Shown here: piece by piece, positions 35,401 through 35,806 of the stretch
How positions within the stretch are numbered: the first letter of the stretch is position 1
How the letters are laid out: each line of letters opens with the position of its first letter
UHGV virus genome: UHGV-0115009
Strand: one strand, 5' to 3'
Length of the DNA: 35,806 nt
Source of the DNA: a virus
Notes under the pieces: generated by a model
What the model was told of the DNA's origin: nothing
The model's database searches: none
Seen by the model: the letters and a program-made list of their open reading frames with translations, nothing else
Made by a program: the position numbers and the translations under genes

Positions 35401-35806
35401 GCTGGCGTTTCGGTTGTCCACCTCGGCCTGCAGCGCAGAATTCTCTTCCCACGCCGCGTTCGCAGTGTCAACGGCGCTTGCCAGGAATTTGGAATTGCCC
35501 GCAAGGCGCTTCATCGCGTCCGTCTGGCGCAACTCGGTGATGCCCAGCTCTTCCAGCATCAGCGACATGTTGCCGCCCGATTGCGTTGCGCTGTCCAGGC
35601 CGCTGATCACTGCGGAAAGCGCCGCCACGGGGTCGTTCTTCCACGCTTCCGAAAACTCGCTGGCGCTCATCTGCGCCGTGGATGCCCACGTTTCCAGGCT
35701 GTCGGACGATTGGGCAACATCCTTGTCGATACGCGCCATGATGGTTGACATGGCGCTGCCGCCAGCTTCGGCTTCCATGCCCATGGAGGTGAGCGCCGTG
35801 GCAAGT
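32461..35806 (-). CDS. Tail tape measure protein, C-terminal part (full gene about 1346 aa across the origin)
   Basis: Ala/Gly-rich helical sequence with EAGGSAMS, SHSPS and LGIASPSK motifs. Confidence 0.92.
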   Translation of the reverse strand, partial: LATALTSMGMEAEAGGSAMSTIMARIDKDVAQSSDSLETWASTAQMSASEFSEAWKNDPVAALSAVISGLDSATQSGGNMSLMLEELGITELRQTDAMKRLAGNSKFLASAVDTANAAWEENSALQAEVDNRNASLASRIEILQNRVIAIAEEIGTPLVNALLDALEAGEPLLQFVGDAAGAFADMDEGQQKVILGLVGAAAAFPPLMIAGGKYLQLVGSTTKAIGAKQRAMGSLINLTRTDNAELLRRVATEGTFAQRLAVSANQTAKTSSQIEKATESTKKGTKAAKEGATAATATASATAAAGTSAKSTAKAVDTQTIAMKAGSGAAKAFGTALKTVAPLAVISGIIAVATAVGDLVEQQKQYEKATDGLTGATSAMLDSFNGARVSVSSFGGETESATGNVGNLGAEIDAMIQRNAELADSISSIYSEAGNTLGMVQNYRDVIEELGGKSSLTAEEAAKLQIALDGVNEQCGTSYQVAGSAEEGYRMMADGASVARDEILNLIDAQKNQIRLEAAGEAYAEALKGITDSENAAAAAEKNYLDTVSEYNRLIEEAANGTMGAAEAASGMAWQVTDAKNKMDQANATCEAQKAALGGLEDAQTLYQMAIDAGNDSIAEAVANNDSLTAAFNAAGKSTVSLVDSLGALGVSTQTLSTLTMEETTKLAQAYDGTAASVSAALFSMATDASSQGANAGKWLTENFSAEAQGAVNAATNVTGLTTAQFKLLADSAGASGEDAIVALANSITANAGLSTNAASIVKQALILEFTNGDVEAAVKILGADIDQGLADGITGNASMPAEAIGLMSQQTIDNAKTAFESHSPSQVMHQLGIDVDTGLANGITAGQDQPITAMGSLAQMAIAAISGMPGDANTTGTSASSLLASGLGSGVGSVFSNASALLSSAKQGISGAPSAYSGTGSQAASRFSGAIGSGSAYSSGRSLANSGKSGMESVSAYGAGSNFVRSFGSGMSGVSIWSVAYNVGMSALGAIKSALGIASPSKEGIAVGEYFDLGIIRGMEKKESDVAAQARSLERAMNVSPPEASFTKTYIPLYENAGGYGAQRRSGAVGQTVNNYYSFGNITMNAQDAAGVETVQDVFAVLARAARMNPDRR

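Larger units (their letters stand above)
1..35806. mobile_element. Complete circular temperate siphophage genome (HK97-type head, long non-contractile tail)
   Basis: Packaging, head, tail, lysis, lysogeny and replication modules are all present, with no host genes. The tape measure ORF joins in frame across the window ends (...ADILG|LATALTSMGMEAEAGGSAMS...). Confidence 0.93.

Overview
The window is an apparently complete, circular 35.8 kb genome of a temperate, GC-rich siphovirus. The tape measure gene runs off position 1 and continues in frame at 35806. The host is inferred to be a Gram-positive, possibly Coriobacteriia-like, bacterium; this is not proven. Almost all genes are on the minus strand: cos-like site, ParB-N and Mom-like adenine modifier, terminases, HK97-type head, tail (with a -1 frameshifted chaperone), FN3 tail protein, BppU-like protein, receptor-binding protein, lysis genes, and a long early/replication operon. 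A plus-strand lysogeny block holds a repressor, an Ltp exclusion lipoprotein and a large serine integrase. Highlights: (1) a complete diversity-generating retroelement (target-VR, hairpin, avd, TR, structured spacer, RT) with 17 of 18 TR/VR mismatches at template adenines, whose RT has an unexpected Trp in the GxxxS/NQ motif; (2) a candidate attP inside the serine integrase 3' end that mimics a tRNA 3' end plus terminator; (3) a Mom-like gene with a G9 tract next to cos; (4) a second, apparently intact tyrosine recombinase in the early operon; (5) a C39-like peptidase lipoprotein inside the lysis cassette. All family calls come from motif recognition by eye; no database search was run.
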